Shown here piece after piece: positions 52,374-63,845 of a DNA stretch of 64,000 bases. Position numbers and translations under genes: made by a program. The notes beneath the pieces were generated by a model that was not told the DNA's origin, made no database searches, and worked only from the letters and a program-made list of their open reading frames with translations. How positions within the stretch are numbered: position 1 is the stretch's first letter; each line of letters begins with the position of its first letter. Origin of the DNA: Malacoraja senta (taxonomy: Eukaryota). The stretch spans positions 1-64,000 of the forward strand of contig JAXLNO010002266.1 of NCBI GenBank assembly GCA_038087875.1, in the 5' to 3' direction.

Positions 52374-53194
52374 TTATGTACTGCCTAGGTGAAGTCTGCT
52401 ACATGATTTTACTGGGTTGTATGAAAACACAGCATTTCACTGTGTCTAGGTACATGTGACAATGAAGTATAATTAAATTATGGAACTGAATCATGATTCA
52501 GCACTGGCCATGAGTCAGCAATGAGCATTCATTGTGGCCAAATGCCTTACACCTGTTCACAGACAATGAGCCACATCCCACCAATGGCCAAAAACCACAG
52601 CCACAATACTTGTGCAGTTCGCGTTGGTGTTGGCTGGTGGTACGCTGGTGCTTGCCAGCTCGTCCTGCATGACAGAAAGAGTGCAGGCAAGCACCAAGCA
52701 TCAAGGTTAAATAGTTGCAGTGTTCACAACTGGTGAGATGCTTGTGCAGGTGTGTGGTTTGCAGTAGTGATAAGTGAATGAGGATGAGGTGAACCACATA
52801 AATTCATAAGTTCCAGGAGCAGAATTAGGCCATGCAGCCCATCAAGCCTACTCCGCCATTCAATCATGGCTGATCTATCTTTCCCTCTCAACCCCGTTCT
52901 CCTGCCTTCTCCCCATAACCTCGGACACCCTCACTAATTAAGAATCTGTCAATCTCCGCCTTAAAAATCTTTATGAAATATCTATGGAAATTTGGTTTGA
53001 GCTGATTGAAAGAGATTCTTAGTCGAAGAGTATTGTGGCCGTGGTTTTCTGGGCAGTGCCCGAGGGCCATTGGTGGGACGTGTTTCATTCTCTCTGAACA
53101 CGTGTATGAGGTGACTGAATGTTTCTCAACACTGCATTTAATTCCTTGGCAGACCTCTAGGGATTGTCCCGGTTAGTTATCCTCAAACCACATC

Positions 53195-54317
53195 CTTGTG
53201 AGGGAAGGTGAGCAGCCGGAAATAGGTGTGCATGTAGGCACAAATGACGTGGGTAAGAAGAGGAAGGAGGTTCTGCAATGTGTGTATAGAGAACTAGGTA
53301 GGAGGCAGAAAAGCAGGACCTCTAGGGTGGTTATCTCTGGGTTGCTTCCAGTACCTCTTGCTAGTGAGGGTAGGAACAGGGAGATAGGGGATCTGAATGT
53401 GTGGCTGAGGAGTTGTTGCAGGGGGCAGGGATTTAGATTTCTAGATCACTGGAATCTCTTCTGAGGCAGGGGTGACCTGTACAAAAGGGACGGGTTGCAC
53501 CTTAATTGGAAGGTGACCGACATTCTGGCAGGCAGGTTTGCTAGTGCTACACGGGTCGGTTTAAACTAAACAGTGGGGGGGGGGGTGGAGTCAACAACGT
53601 GGATGCGTATCCGTGCAGTTAACGGGAGAGTGTAGGAAAGATCACGTTTAAACTAACAGCAGGGGGATGGGAACCAGGGAGACAGAAGGCCATACAAGGA
53701 GGAGAGAAGCAGAAGGTAGAAGGGAGATAAGAAAACCTAACCTGAAAGCTTTGTGCCTTAATGCGAGGAGCATTTGTAATAAGGTGGATGAATTGAATGT
53801 GCAGTTAGTAGCTAAGGGATATAATATAGTTGGAATTACGGAGACATGGCTCCAGGTTGACCAAGGCTGGGAGCTAAACATGCAGGGGTATTCGATATTC
53901 AGGAAGGATAGACAGAAAGGAAGAGGAGGTGGGATGGCATTGCTGATTAAAGAGGAGATTAATGCAATAACAAGGAGAGACATTAGCTTGGATGATGTAG
54001 AATCGGTATGGGTAGAACTGCGAAATAGCCAAGGGCAGAAAACGCTTGTTGGAGTTGTATACAGACCACCAAACAGCAGTAGGGACGTTGGAGATAGCAT
54101 CAAGCAGGAAATTAGGGATACGTGTAGCAAAGGCACAGCAGTTATCATGGATGACTTTAATCTACATATAGATTGGGCCAACCAAATTGGTAACAGCACT
54201 GAGCAGGAGGATTTCCTGGAATCTATAAGGGATGGGTTTTTAAACCAATATGTAGAGGAACCGACTAGAGGGCAGGCCATCCTAGACTGGGTATTGTGTA
54301 ATGAGGAAGGATTAGTG
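53195..54317 (+). mobile_element. CR1 internal fragment: ORF1 SGNH-esterase domain plus ORF2 APE endonuclease, cut by a MITE
   Basis: VHVGTNDV, VISGLLP, DGLHL (ORF1, one in-frame stop); LNARSI.NK, GITETWL, VYRPP, DFN, LDWV (ORF2). Confidence 0.88.
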
Positions 54318-55029
54318 AAAGCCCTGTCCCACTGTGCGAGTTCACCCAAGAGCTCTCCCGAGTAAAAAAATAAATCAAATTCATGGTAAGCACGTAGAAT
54401 GAACGTAGCGGGTACGTCGGAGCTCGGGACGTCTCTTAGCGCTAATGGCAGGTACTCGGGAAACATGTCCACGAGTCAAATATACTCGTGATGGAAAAAA
54501 TTGATACTTTTTAACTCCTAGTTATACCGTAGTAGCTCGTGAGTTTACCGTAGTAGGACCTGGTGTCCTATATCACTATTGTATGTTCATGATGGAAATA
54601 AGAATACTCAGTATATTCATTACCTTTGAATTGTAGTTTTATGTAATCCTCCCATAATTTCTGAGTTCCATTTCACAATATCTATCAGACATACAGAATG
54701 TTGCAAGGTAATGTTGTAAAAGGTTCTGACTGTCTACCCTATCAATGCCTCTCATAATTGTATATAGTTCCATCGTCTCCCCTCAACCTCTGACATTCCA
54801 GAGAAAAAAAATCCATGTATATCCAACCTTTGGCGTGCTCTGATTTTCCTTTCATTTTTCTAAATTCTGGGCAGGCATTCCAGTTTCCGAACATACTGGA
54901 GAAAATTTCTAAAGAGGCAAGCCAGACATTAACAAATCATTTTTCAAAATGGAACTCTGAATGTTCATAATCCCTACTGAGGCACTGAATATAAACTATT
55001 TGAATCTGTTCTGGTGTACTCTCAATGTT

Positions 55030-55550
55030 CACTGTCAAGTCGGGGGGGAGTTCTCTCCGCCACGGGTACCATCTAATCACGTGCTACCTGCTCCATGGTC
55101 GGATAGTCAGCAACTAAACCGTCTCCGCCACCTGGTTTGCCAGATGAGTGGGGGGGGGGGGGGCACCAGCAGGACCAAAAACGAGCTGTCAAAGGGCGGA
55201 TGAGCTCCTAGCGAGCCAACGGCCTTCCACACTTCAGTAGAAGTTGCGATCACTGTCGTACATAGCATTGTAAGGAAAGATGATAAAGCACACACACCAA
55301 AATCCTATACTTCCAGCGGCAGAAGTCCGCAGGAACTTAGTAGCTGGTCGAGGTTCTGGCCCATCTGGGCACCATGACGACAGGTCTTTAAACCCTGGGC
55401 ACACCCCGGGGAGGGATCAGTCCGACTTCAGGACTAGAGGAGCTTGCCAGCTGCATGGAGGACAGAGATGTGTGGTGCATCCATCACTGTGCCCGTCGGA
55501 AACCAGCACCACTGCGTCACTAATGTTTTCAACAATTTAATAATAATAAT

Positions 55551-55585
<35 letters not shown>
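55030..55585 (+). mobile_element. Short non-tRNA retroposon with a (TAA)n tail and an 8-bp TSD
   Basis: TCAATGTT at 55022-55029 and 55586-55593. About 15 TAA units at 55539-55585. Confidence 0.6.
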
Positions 55586-55586
<1 letters not shown>

Positions 55587-56135
55587 CAATGTTGGTAAAT
55601 CTACTCTGAGAAACCAAGCAGTGAGTAATGATGGAGCATGGGTAATGATATTTCCTGCACTTTGTATTGCTGATATGCTGTACATAGTTGACAATGTAAT
55701 CAGGGTATGTGCATATTTACAAGATTTTAATTGTGCATACATGTTTGCTTATGCTCTAAAGAAAGATCCCAACCCGAAACGTCACCTATCCAAGTTCTCC
55801 AGAGATGCTGCCTGACCCACTGATTTACTCCAGCACAGTGTGTCCTTTTGTGGAAACCAGAATCAGCAGTTCAGTTCCTTGTTTCTACATGCTTGCTTAA
55901 CTTGGGTAAGATAAAGGGTTAAATTGCAGATTTAAGCCGTGTTAAAATCACCGGTACAGGGGTAAGCTGGTTTGTCTAATCTTATCGGATGTGCCATCTC
56001 ACATTCCGCAGGCTGAGTTCACAGTACTGCAATAAATAAATGGCAAATTCAAAGAGTAACTACAACAGGGAAAGGAGATGATGTAGAAAAATTGCGGATA
56101 AGTGTGAGAACTAAATATAGTTCCCGTGTAGTTAT

Positions 56136-59100
56136 TTTTTATTTTTTTTATTTTTTTTTAAATAATTTTTTTAATAGAAGTACGGTAGATTACAGTAATG
56201 TACAACACGTATATATTAATACATTTTTTGTACCGCTTCACTTTTTTAAACTTTAAGAAAGAAAAAGAAAGAAGTAAGAAAAGTGAAGAAAGTGCGCAAA
56301 GGTTGTGAAGTGCAAAAGAGTGTTGGGAAAAGAAAGCCCCTTAGAAAAGAAGTTAGAGAAGGAAGTAAAGTTAGAAAATAGACCCTAGAAAAGAAAGAGA
56401 AAGAAAGAAGGAACAATCGCTCTATTATAACTCTTATACCATACTTCATAGAGAAGGAACTACCAACCAAGTCTGTTTTTATTTTACCTCCCATTACCAG
56501 GTCCAGATACCTTTTATTTATTTATTTGTTTTTCTAAATTACTATTGCACCTCATGCTTGTAATAGGTCCAAAAACGTAGACCACGTCTTTTGAAATTGG
56601 TCTACTTTGCCTACTAGGAGGAATCTCATCTCTTCCAGATGTAATGTTTCCAACATATTTGATGTCCACATTTTTATTGTTGGTGTGGGCGCATTTTTCC
56701 AGAATTTAAGTATAAGCTTTTTTCCCATTATTAGCCCATAATTGAGTAAATTCTTCTGATACACGTTTAATTCAGGAATACCTTCCGATATTCCAAAAAT
56801 AATCCATTCTGGTTTTGGTACCAGTTTTATTTTGATTAATTTTGAAAAAATATCAAATATTTCAAACCAGAATTTTTGGATTTTTGTACAAAAAACAAAA
56901 AAATGTGCTATGGTAGCTTCTTGACATATACATTTATCACAGATTGGTGAGACGTTAGGAAAGATTTTATTTAGTTTGGTTTTTGAATAATATAATCTAT
57001 GTAATGTTTTAAATTGGATAAGCGTATGTCGTACGTTGATCGAGCATTTATGCACCTGTAATAAATGATTATCCCAACTCTCTTTTGAAATTTTTATACC
57101 TAGATCTTGTTCCCAATCTCTTCTAATTCCATCTGTTGTGGGTATTTCTATATTTAAGATGATATTATATAAGTATGATATTAAATTAACTGATTCCGCC
57201 TTTGTCTTCATTGCTTCATCTAGTAAGTCGGAAGGCATATTATAATAATCTTTTGTGTGTGTTTTCAAATAGTCACAGATTTGTAGATATTTAAAATATT
57301 GATTATTTTTCAAATTATATTTCAGTTGTAGTTGTTGGAATGATAGTAATTTTTCTAATTCATACAGATCTTCGAGCGTTTTGATTCCCATTCTTTCCCA
57401 TTGTATAAATGATTTATCTATGATTGAAGGTTTAAACGATGGGTTATTGACTATTGGTATTAAGAGAGATAGGTTTCTTAATTTTAGATTCTGTTTTATT
57501 TGCTTCCATGTTCTAATAGTGCTATATATAATTGGATTTTTATTATAATTTTTATTATTCAAATTTATTGGAGAGAGAATAATCGCTCCTATATTATTCG
57601 GGGAGCAATCCCCTTTTTCCATTATAATCCAGTCCACCTGCTGGGCAGAATTGTCCAGCAGGTGAATCATATTTTTAATATTTACTGCCCAGTTATAATA
57701 CATAAAGTTAGGGAGCGCTAGACCCCCCAACTCTTTTCGTTTGTTAAGGTGTGTTCTTTGTATTCTGTGGGATTTGTAATCCCATATAAAATTTGTAATG
57801 TCTGAGTCCAGTTTTTTGAAAAACTTTTTTGGGAGATATATAGGTATTGATTGAAATAGGTAAAGGATTTGTGGTAAGAAAATCATTTTTATAGCATTTA
57901 TCCTACCTATTAAGGACATCGGAAGTGTTTTCCAAAATTTAATCAAATTATTTAATTTCTTAAGTAGGGGATTATAATTAGCTTTAAACATATCATGGTA
58001 ATTTCTAGTAATCTCAATTCCTAAATATTTGAATTTTTCCATAGCTATTTTAAAAGGGAATTTCCTGAGATGTGTTGAGTCTTTTGGTTTAATCGACATA
58101 ATTTCACTTTTGTTCCAATTTATTCTATATCCTGAAAAGGATCCAAAGTCCTCAATTAAGTTTAATATATTTGGTATACTAATTTGCGGTTTTGTGATGT
58201 ACAGTAGTACATCATCAGCATATAGGGATAGTTTGTTGTTTGAATATTTTGTGTTATAACCGTGAATATTCGAGTGTGTTCTTATTTTTTCAGCAAGGGG
58301 TTCAATTACCAAAGCAAATAACAGCGGTGATAGTGAACATCCTTGTCTGTTGCCCCTAGATAATTCGAATTTTGAAGATAATATATTATTAGTTAGTATT
58401 CTAGCCGTAGGTTTGTTATATAGTAGTTTTATCCATGCAATAAAGTTTTCTCCCAATTGGAATTTTTGCAATACTTTGATCATATAGTCCCATTCTACTT
58501 GATCAAACGCTTTTTCTGCGTCCAGTGAGATGATAGCTAACTCTTGGTCATAAGATTTATGTGAATGCATTATGTTAAGCAAACGTCTCAAATTATTAAA
58601 TGAGTGTCTCTTAGGTATAAATCCTGTTTGATCCTCATGTATTAGTCTACTAACATACTTGCTTAATCTATTGGCTAATGTTTTTGCTATTATTTTCTGA
58701 TCCGTATTTAACAAAGCAATCGCTCTATATGATCCTGGTTCTTCTATATTTTTATCTTTTTTAAGTATTAATATGATCGTTGATTCCGCTAGTGTTTCAG
58801 GTAGGTTTTGCTCTTTATAAGCATATGTATACATTTTTTGTAATCGTGGAGTAACTATATCATAAAAAGATTTATAAAATTCATTATTGAATCCGTCTGG
58901 TCCTGGTGTTTTTCCATTTTTTAGTGTTTTTATTGTGTCTTCTATCTCCTTAGAAGTAATTTGTGCTCCCAGTTCCTCTTGTTCCCTGCGTTCTAATTGT
59001 GGTAGATTACAATTATCTAAAAATTCTGAGATTTTATTATTGTCTATTGACGTTTTAGATGTGTATAGATTCTGGTAAAATTGAGCAAATCTTTTATTAA

Positions 59101-60194
59101 TATCCTTGGGTAGTGTTAATACTTCCCCTCTATCTGATTTAATCTTTAATATTGCATTCTCTTTTTCCCGTTTTTTAAGTTGTCGTGCTAGAAGTTTGTG
59201 GGGTTTGTCCCCGAATTCGAAGTGTTCTTGTTTTGTGATTTGAAATAATGTTATAACTTTCTCTGACAGTAATTTATTTAACTGAAATTTCAGTAGTAGT
59301 ATTTTATTATGTTTATCCATAGTTGGGTCTTTAGCATTATCTATATCTAACTGTTTTATTTGATCTTCTAAGTGTCTTTGTTCATTCTTATTCTTTTTAT
59401 TTTGATAAGCTTGAAATGAAATAATGACTCCTCTTATAAATGCTTTGAAGGATTCCCATAATAACGTGGGGGATATCTCTGGTGTATCATTTAACTCAAA
59501 AAATAGATCCATCTGTTTTTTTAGATAGATACTCCCTTGAGGGTCTTTTAAAATTTGTGAGTTAAACCTCCAGAACGGTTTATTCATAGACATTCCTTCT
59601 AGTTTTAGAACAAAAGTTAACGGAGAATGATCTGAGATCGCATTAATATGATATTTAGGATTCAGAGATTGCGAAATTAATTTTGTATCCACAAGAAAAT
59701 AGTCTATCCGTGAATATGTTTTATGCACCATTGAATAAAACGAGTAATCCCTTCCCGTCGGGTTTGCAATCCTCCATACATCTGTTATATTTGTGTTTTC
59801 CATATATGTGTGTAAGAGTTCACTGGTTTTAGATTTCGTCTGACCTTTTTGTTTTTGCATCGATTTATCTAAATAAGGATCTAAAACACAATTAAAATCT
59901 CCTCCGATTATAACATTTTGATAATTAGATTCTGCAATTATATTCAGAATTTTATTAAAAAATTGAGGGTTATCAAAGTTGGGCGCATATATGTTTACCA
60001 GCGTAATTGGCATATTATTGATCTCCCCTGCTACTATAAGATATCTCCCTTCCTTATCTAAAATAGTGTTCTTTGATTTAAATGGAATTCCTTTACGAAT
60101 AATAATTGCAGTACCTCTAGATTTGGAGGTAAATGAAGAGTGAAATGTTTGGCCTATCCAGTTCGCCCTCAGTCTTGTCTGATCTTGCTGTTTA
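56136..60194 (-). mobile_element. L1-clade LINE, 5'-truncated, young
   Basis: 12-bp TSD CCGTGTAGTTAT (56124-56135 and 60195-60206), A-rich tail at about 56136-56160, 3'UTR of about 400 nt, uninterrupted ORF2. Confidence 0.95.
56552..60193 (-). CDS. L1 ORF2 (APE endonuclease lacking its N-terminus, reverse transcriptase, CCHC knuckle)
   Basis: Motifs NIYAPN, GGDFN, SRIDY, SDHS (EN); PGPDGF, LDAEKAFD, RQGCSLSPLLF, YADD (RT); CDKC...H....C. The frame stays open for 60 codons upstream of Met 60013, up to the truncation point. Confidence 0.93.
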   Translation of the reverse strand, partial: KQQDQTRLRANWIGQTFHSSFTSKSRGTAIIIRKGIPFKSKNTILDKEGRYLIVAGEINNMPITLVNIYAPNFDNPQFFNKILNIIAESNYQNVIIGGDFNCVLDPYLDKSMQKQKGQTKSKTSELLHTYMENTNITDVWRIANPTGRDYSFYSMVHKTYSRIDYFLVDTKLISQSLNPKYHINAISDHSPLTFVLKLEGMSMNKPFWRFNSQILKDPQGSIYLKKQMDLFFELNDTPEISPTLLWESFKAFIRGVIISFQAYQNKKNKNEQRHLEDQIKQLDIDNAKDPTMDKHNKILLLKFQLNKLLSEKVITLFQITKQEHFEFGDKPHKLLARQLKKREKENAILKIKSDRGEVLTLPKDINKRFAQFYQNLYTSKTSIDNNKISEFLDNCNLPQLERREQEELGAQITSKEIEDTIKTLKNGKTPGPDGFNNEFYKSFYDIVTPRLQKMYTYAYKEQNLPETLAESTIILILKKDKNIEEPGSYRAIALLNTDQKIIAKTLANRLSKYVSRLIHEDQTGFIPKRHSFNNLRRLLNIMHSHKSYDQELAIISLDAEKAFDQVEWDYMIKVLQKFQLGENFIAWIKLLYNKPTARILTNNILSSKFELSRGNRQGCSLSPLLFALVIEPLAEKIRTHSNIHGYNTKYSNNKLSLYADDVLLYITKPQISIPNILNLIEDFGSFSGYRINWNKSEIMSIKPKDSTHLRKFPFKIAMEKFKYLGIEITRNYHDMFKANYNPLLKKLNNLIKFWKTLPMSLIGRINAIKMIFLPQILYLFQSIPIYLPKKFFKKLDSDITNFIWDYKSHRIQRTHLNKRKELGGLALPNFMYYNWAVNIKNMIHLLDNSAQQVDWIIMEKGDCSPNNIGAIILSPINLNNKNYNKNPIIYSTIRTWKQIKQNLKLRNLSLLIPIVNNPSFKPSIIDKSFIQWERMGIKTLEDLYELEKLLSFQQLQLKYNLKNNQYFKYLQICDYLKTHTKDYYNMPSDLLDEAMKTKAESVNLISYLYNIILNIEIPTTDGIRRDWEQDLGIKISKESWDNHLLQVHKCSINVRHTLIQFKTLHRLYYSKTKLNKIFPNVSPICDKCICQEATIAHFFVFCTKIQKFWFEIFDIFSKLIKIKLVPKPEWIIFGISEGIPELNVYQKNLLNYGLIMGKKLILKFWKNAPTPTIKMWTSNMLETLHLEEMRFLLVGKVDQFQKTWSTFLDLLQA

Positions 60195-61010
60195 CCGTGT
60201 AGTTATAATAGCATGGATTTTAACTTTCCAATATTAACTGGGATAATTTTAGTATGAAAAGCATAGATGGGGTGGGATTTTTATGAGCCAACATTTTGAG
60301 AGCTCCCACTGGAGAAGGTGTAGCTCTGGAATGTAACCAGGCAAGTGGTTGAACGGTCATCGTGAGAGCATTTTGGAGACAGTGACTGTAACTCTGAAAG
60401 TTTCACGGTTATTTACTATGAACAAGGATGCTCCAAAAATGAACCCGTGACTTGTGGGTGAGTGGCTGGTTGGAGGGGTGGGATCGGAAGAGAGGGAGGG
60501 TAAGGCCTCAGTGTCAGGACAGTGGGCGTGGTGAAGGATAGAAGGAAACATAAGGTCAATACTTGTGCATTTGTAGACTGATGAAGCACTCAGATTAGCT
60601 GAGCAATGCTGCAGGTAACACCTCGTGAGGTAAGCAATGATGTAGAAATGAGTTTCGATAATGAAAAGTGAATTGTGAGTCACAAATAGTTCAGACCATT
60701 TTAACAAAACAATAACCAATTTCTTAAACACTACCAACTACTTTCAGCTCAGCATTTCACCCATTTTATGAGCTCTTCAAAACTTGGTTTTGTTGCAACT
60801 TATTGATCTTTGACTATGAGCAAGTGGCTTAACAAATGAACATTCCTAAAGTTTGACTCCCTCTGCTGGTTACATGTGTTATTACACACACAGTGACTAA
60901 ACCTCCAAACACAAGAATCCACAAAGGATTGCCCCTCCTGGCACCATGTTGTTGGGCCACAGGTTCTTCATCATAATGTTAGATCTCCACACTCCTCTCT
61001 CTTACTCTCT

Positions 61011-61140
61011 NNNNNNNNNNNNNNNNNNNNNNNNNNNNNNNNNNNNNNNNNNNNNNNNNNNNNNNNNNNNNNNNNNNNNNNNNNNNNNNNNNNNNNNNNN
61101 NNNNNNNNNNNNNNNNNNNNNNNNNNNNNNNNNNNNNNNN
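61011..61140. other. Assembly gap (130 N)
   Basis: Run of N. Confidence 1.
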
Positions 61141-61439
61141 TCGGCCCTTCGAGCCAGCACCACCATTCATCGTGATATGGTTGATCATCCACAATCAGTA
61201 ACCCGTGCCTGCCTTCTCCCCATACCCCTTGATTCCACTAGCCCCAAGAGCTCTATCTAACTCACTTTTAAATTCATCCACTGAATTGGCCTCCACTGCC
61301 TTCTGTGGCAGAGAATTCCACAAATTCACAATTCTCTGGGTGAAAAAGTATTTTTCTCATCTCCGTTTTAAATGACCTCCCTTTATTCTTACACTGTGGC
61401 CCCTGGTTCTGTACTCCCCCAACATTGGGAACATTTTTT

Positions 61440-61830
61440 CCCACCTCTCTCTCCCCGCCTCTCTGCGCTTCTCTGCCTGCCTCTCTCGTCCCACCACTCT
61501 CTCTCCCGCCTCTATCCCCTCTGCCTCTCTCTCTTCCTGCCCCTCTCTCTCCCCGCCTCACTCTCCACCTCTCCCTGCCTCCCTCTCCCCTCATCTCTCT
61601 CTCCCTGCCTCTCTCCCTGCCTCTCTCTAACCGCTTCTCTCTCCCGCCACTCTCTCCCCACCTGTGTCTCTCCCCACCTCTTTCTTCCCGCCTCTCTCCC
61701 CCACCTCTCTCTCCGCGCGTCTCTCCCTGCACTTTTCTCTCTCTCACCCCACTCTCTCTCGTCCTTCTCTCTGTCCCTCCCTCTCTCACCCTCTCTCTTC
61801 CCCCCTCTTCCCTTCTCACCCTCCCTCCAG
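61440..61830. repeat. Polypyrimidine (CT-rich) low-complexity tract
   Basis: About 390 nt of almost pure C/T. Confidence 0.9.
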
Positions 61831-61984
61831 CCCCAGAATGGAATTGCTTGCTATAATTGATCTGTAAAATCAGAGAGAGAGGATTGTGATTGAAGGTTTT
61901 TCGAACCTTTAATTTTTCTTATTATCACTTATTATTCATTTAATTGCTCTGCAATATATACTGTTAATTTTACACCAAAACAAA

Positions 61985-61990
61985 TTTATT
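61985..61990 (-). terminator. Candidate AATAAA polyadenylation signal of the second receptor
   Basis: Canonical hexamer about 165 nt downstream of the stop, in AT-rich context. Confidence 0.45.
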
Positions 61991-62155
61991 TACATTGCGG
62001 TGCAGACTCGAAGGGCCAAATGGCCTCCTCCTGCACCTATTTTCTTGTGAATTTAAACGAGTTGCTCAAGTGACAGATGTCTTTTGTTCAATATCTTATT
62101 GATACATCAGTACAGAACGCCAGGCGTATTCATTTCCTGGACGGTCAATCTGCAG

Positions 62156-62778
62156 TTATGTAAAATCTGGCTTCTCACAAATGTCCTGATTGATATATTC
62201 TGGAGATGGAGATAAGAGCTTTGATTGTACTACCTCCTGATCTTGACATTTTTCTTCAGACTGGGCGCAGAGTTGACATTGGCAGAGCTCCCTGGATAAT
62301 CTATGTCGTCCGATGTTGTCATGTCTTTGGTCCAGAGATAACAAGGGGTCTAATTCTGCCACCATCTCTACATAATCAGAGCCAGTAAATGTGGGTGTTT
62401 CAAGATAATTACAGAGTATCATGATATCCAGGGGAATGGAGCTAGGATCAAATATTTTGCATTTAAAACTACCTGGGGATTCAACGTTGATATATTTTTT
62501 GCAAGGTGCCTTTGCTGCACACTTGTATTGAAACCGCAAGGTGCTGGTTTGTTTTGAGAGTTCTGTGAGTTCCCATTTGTCAATATATGTTTCTTCAACG
62601 ATTGGAGGTGAAAACACAACAGTCTCCTGCTCTTTTTTATTCCAGGTTGTCAACACTGCAGGGTAATGTAGCTTAGGGTCAAACACATACTTGTATTTAA
62701 AGCATAAATAAATGGAAAGTGTAATCAGGACTAAAGCCCCACCTGCTGAGCAGACAATCACTATCCAAGCACTTGACT
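62156..62778 (-). CDS. Second class II receptor, terminal exon: TM (WIVIVCSAGGALVLITLSIYLCF), Box1-like HYPAVL, and a cytoplasmic tail of about 180 aa ending YINQDICEKPDFT
   Basis: CAG acceptor in phase 1, in frame with the 201-aa track ORF. Hydrophobic helix followed by a KYKY stop-transfer segment. Confidence 0.85.
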
Positions 62779-62874
62779 CTGCGGATTAAAACACAGATAA
62801 AAGGACAGTATGTGAACACAGTTTGCAAATCACCAAAGTCTGTTTATCTGAACAGCAAATAATTTGTTGCTCAC

Positions 62875-63034
62875 CTGCTAGTGTTACACACTGCTCCTTG
62901 CTCAAGTCACCAACGTTATCATTGAGTGAAACCTCTGTTCTAACAGAAATGCAGTAGATCGTTCCGGTGCTTAGATGCTGGATCTCAAAGGTTTCATTTT
63001 TTGTAATGTAAGTCCTCTGGGGCTCCAAATCAAT
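62875..63034 (-). CDS. Second class II receptor, D2 C-half exon (IDLEPQRTY...LSTGTIYCISVRTEV...SKEQCVTLA)
   Basis: CAG acceptor (an in-frame alternative starts at 63016) and a phase-1 G|GTGAG donor, 160 nt. Has the L..GT.YC.SV...S.EQC.T signature. Confidence 0.85.
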
Positions 63035-63845
63035 CTGGCAGTTGGGCAAACAAGTAATGAAACGGAAACTAATTATGCAGGCGCTAGGAACTGCAGATGC
63101 TAGTTTACCAAATAAAAAGACACAAACTGCAGCGGGCCAGGCAGCATCTCTGGAGAATATGGATAAGTGATGTTTTGGGTTGGGTCCTTTCTTCAGACTG
63201 ATTGTGGTAGGGGGAGAAAGCAGGAAGAGAGGTAGGTGCGGGACACAGTGATAGGTAGTTACACGTGAGTCCAGAGTTTGTATGTTCTCCCCGGGTGCTC
63301 CGGTTTCTTCCCACACTCCAAAGACATACAGGTTTGTGGGCTAATTGGTTTTGTATAAATGTAAATTGTCCCTAGTGTGTGTAGGATAGTGTTAGTGTGC
63401 GGGGATCGCTGGTCGGGCACAGACTCAGTGGGCCGAAGGGCCTGTTTCCTAGCTGTATCTCTAAACTCAACTAAACTTCAGGTGAGGAGGGAGTTTGATT
63501 GGTAGATGGTTGAACAAAGGCAAAAATGTGAGATATGGAGTTGGGGAAGCCAGAGAAAGGAATATAAGCAGAAGGGGAAGGGGGTGGGCGGCGGCAGAGG
63601 GAGGGGAATGGGAGAAGTGGGTGCACATCCAGGTAGGGCACAGGGAAGAGAGAAGAAGAAAAGGGAGGGAGGGTAGGGGTGTTTGTAGATAAGGCCTAAA
63701 ATTGGAGAATGCAATGTTCATTAAGCGCCTTGAGTATTAGAAAGGCGCTATATAAATCCAATCCATTATTATTATTATTATTTAAGCTATGCAATTATGT
63801 ATGCTTTGAAAGGAGTAGAAGGTAAACCAGGGCAAAGATTCTCAC

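Noticed and set aside
55434-55815. ORFs with poly-Ile (TM-like) stretches
   Set aside because: Translation of the (TAA)n microsatellite tail.
60645-60690. IRF/AP-1 composite element (GAAAAGTGAA...TGAGTCA)
   Set aside because: The spacing does not match AICE or ISRE consensus, and short motifs like these are expected by chance.
38520-61010. A conventional soluble IL22RA2 gene between the two receptors
   Set aside because: I found no exons with class II receptor motifs. The scan was manual and the interval ends in a gap, so absence is not proven.
61274-61867. 143-181 aa ORFs in several frames
   Set aside because: CT-rich low-complexity DNA plus a CR1 tail.
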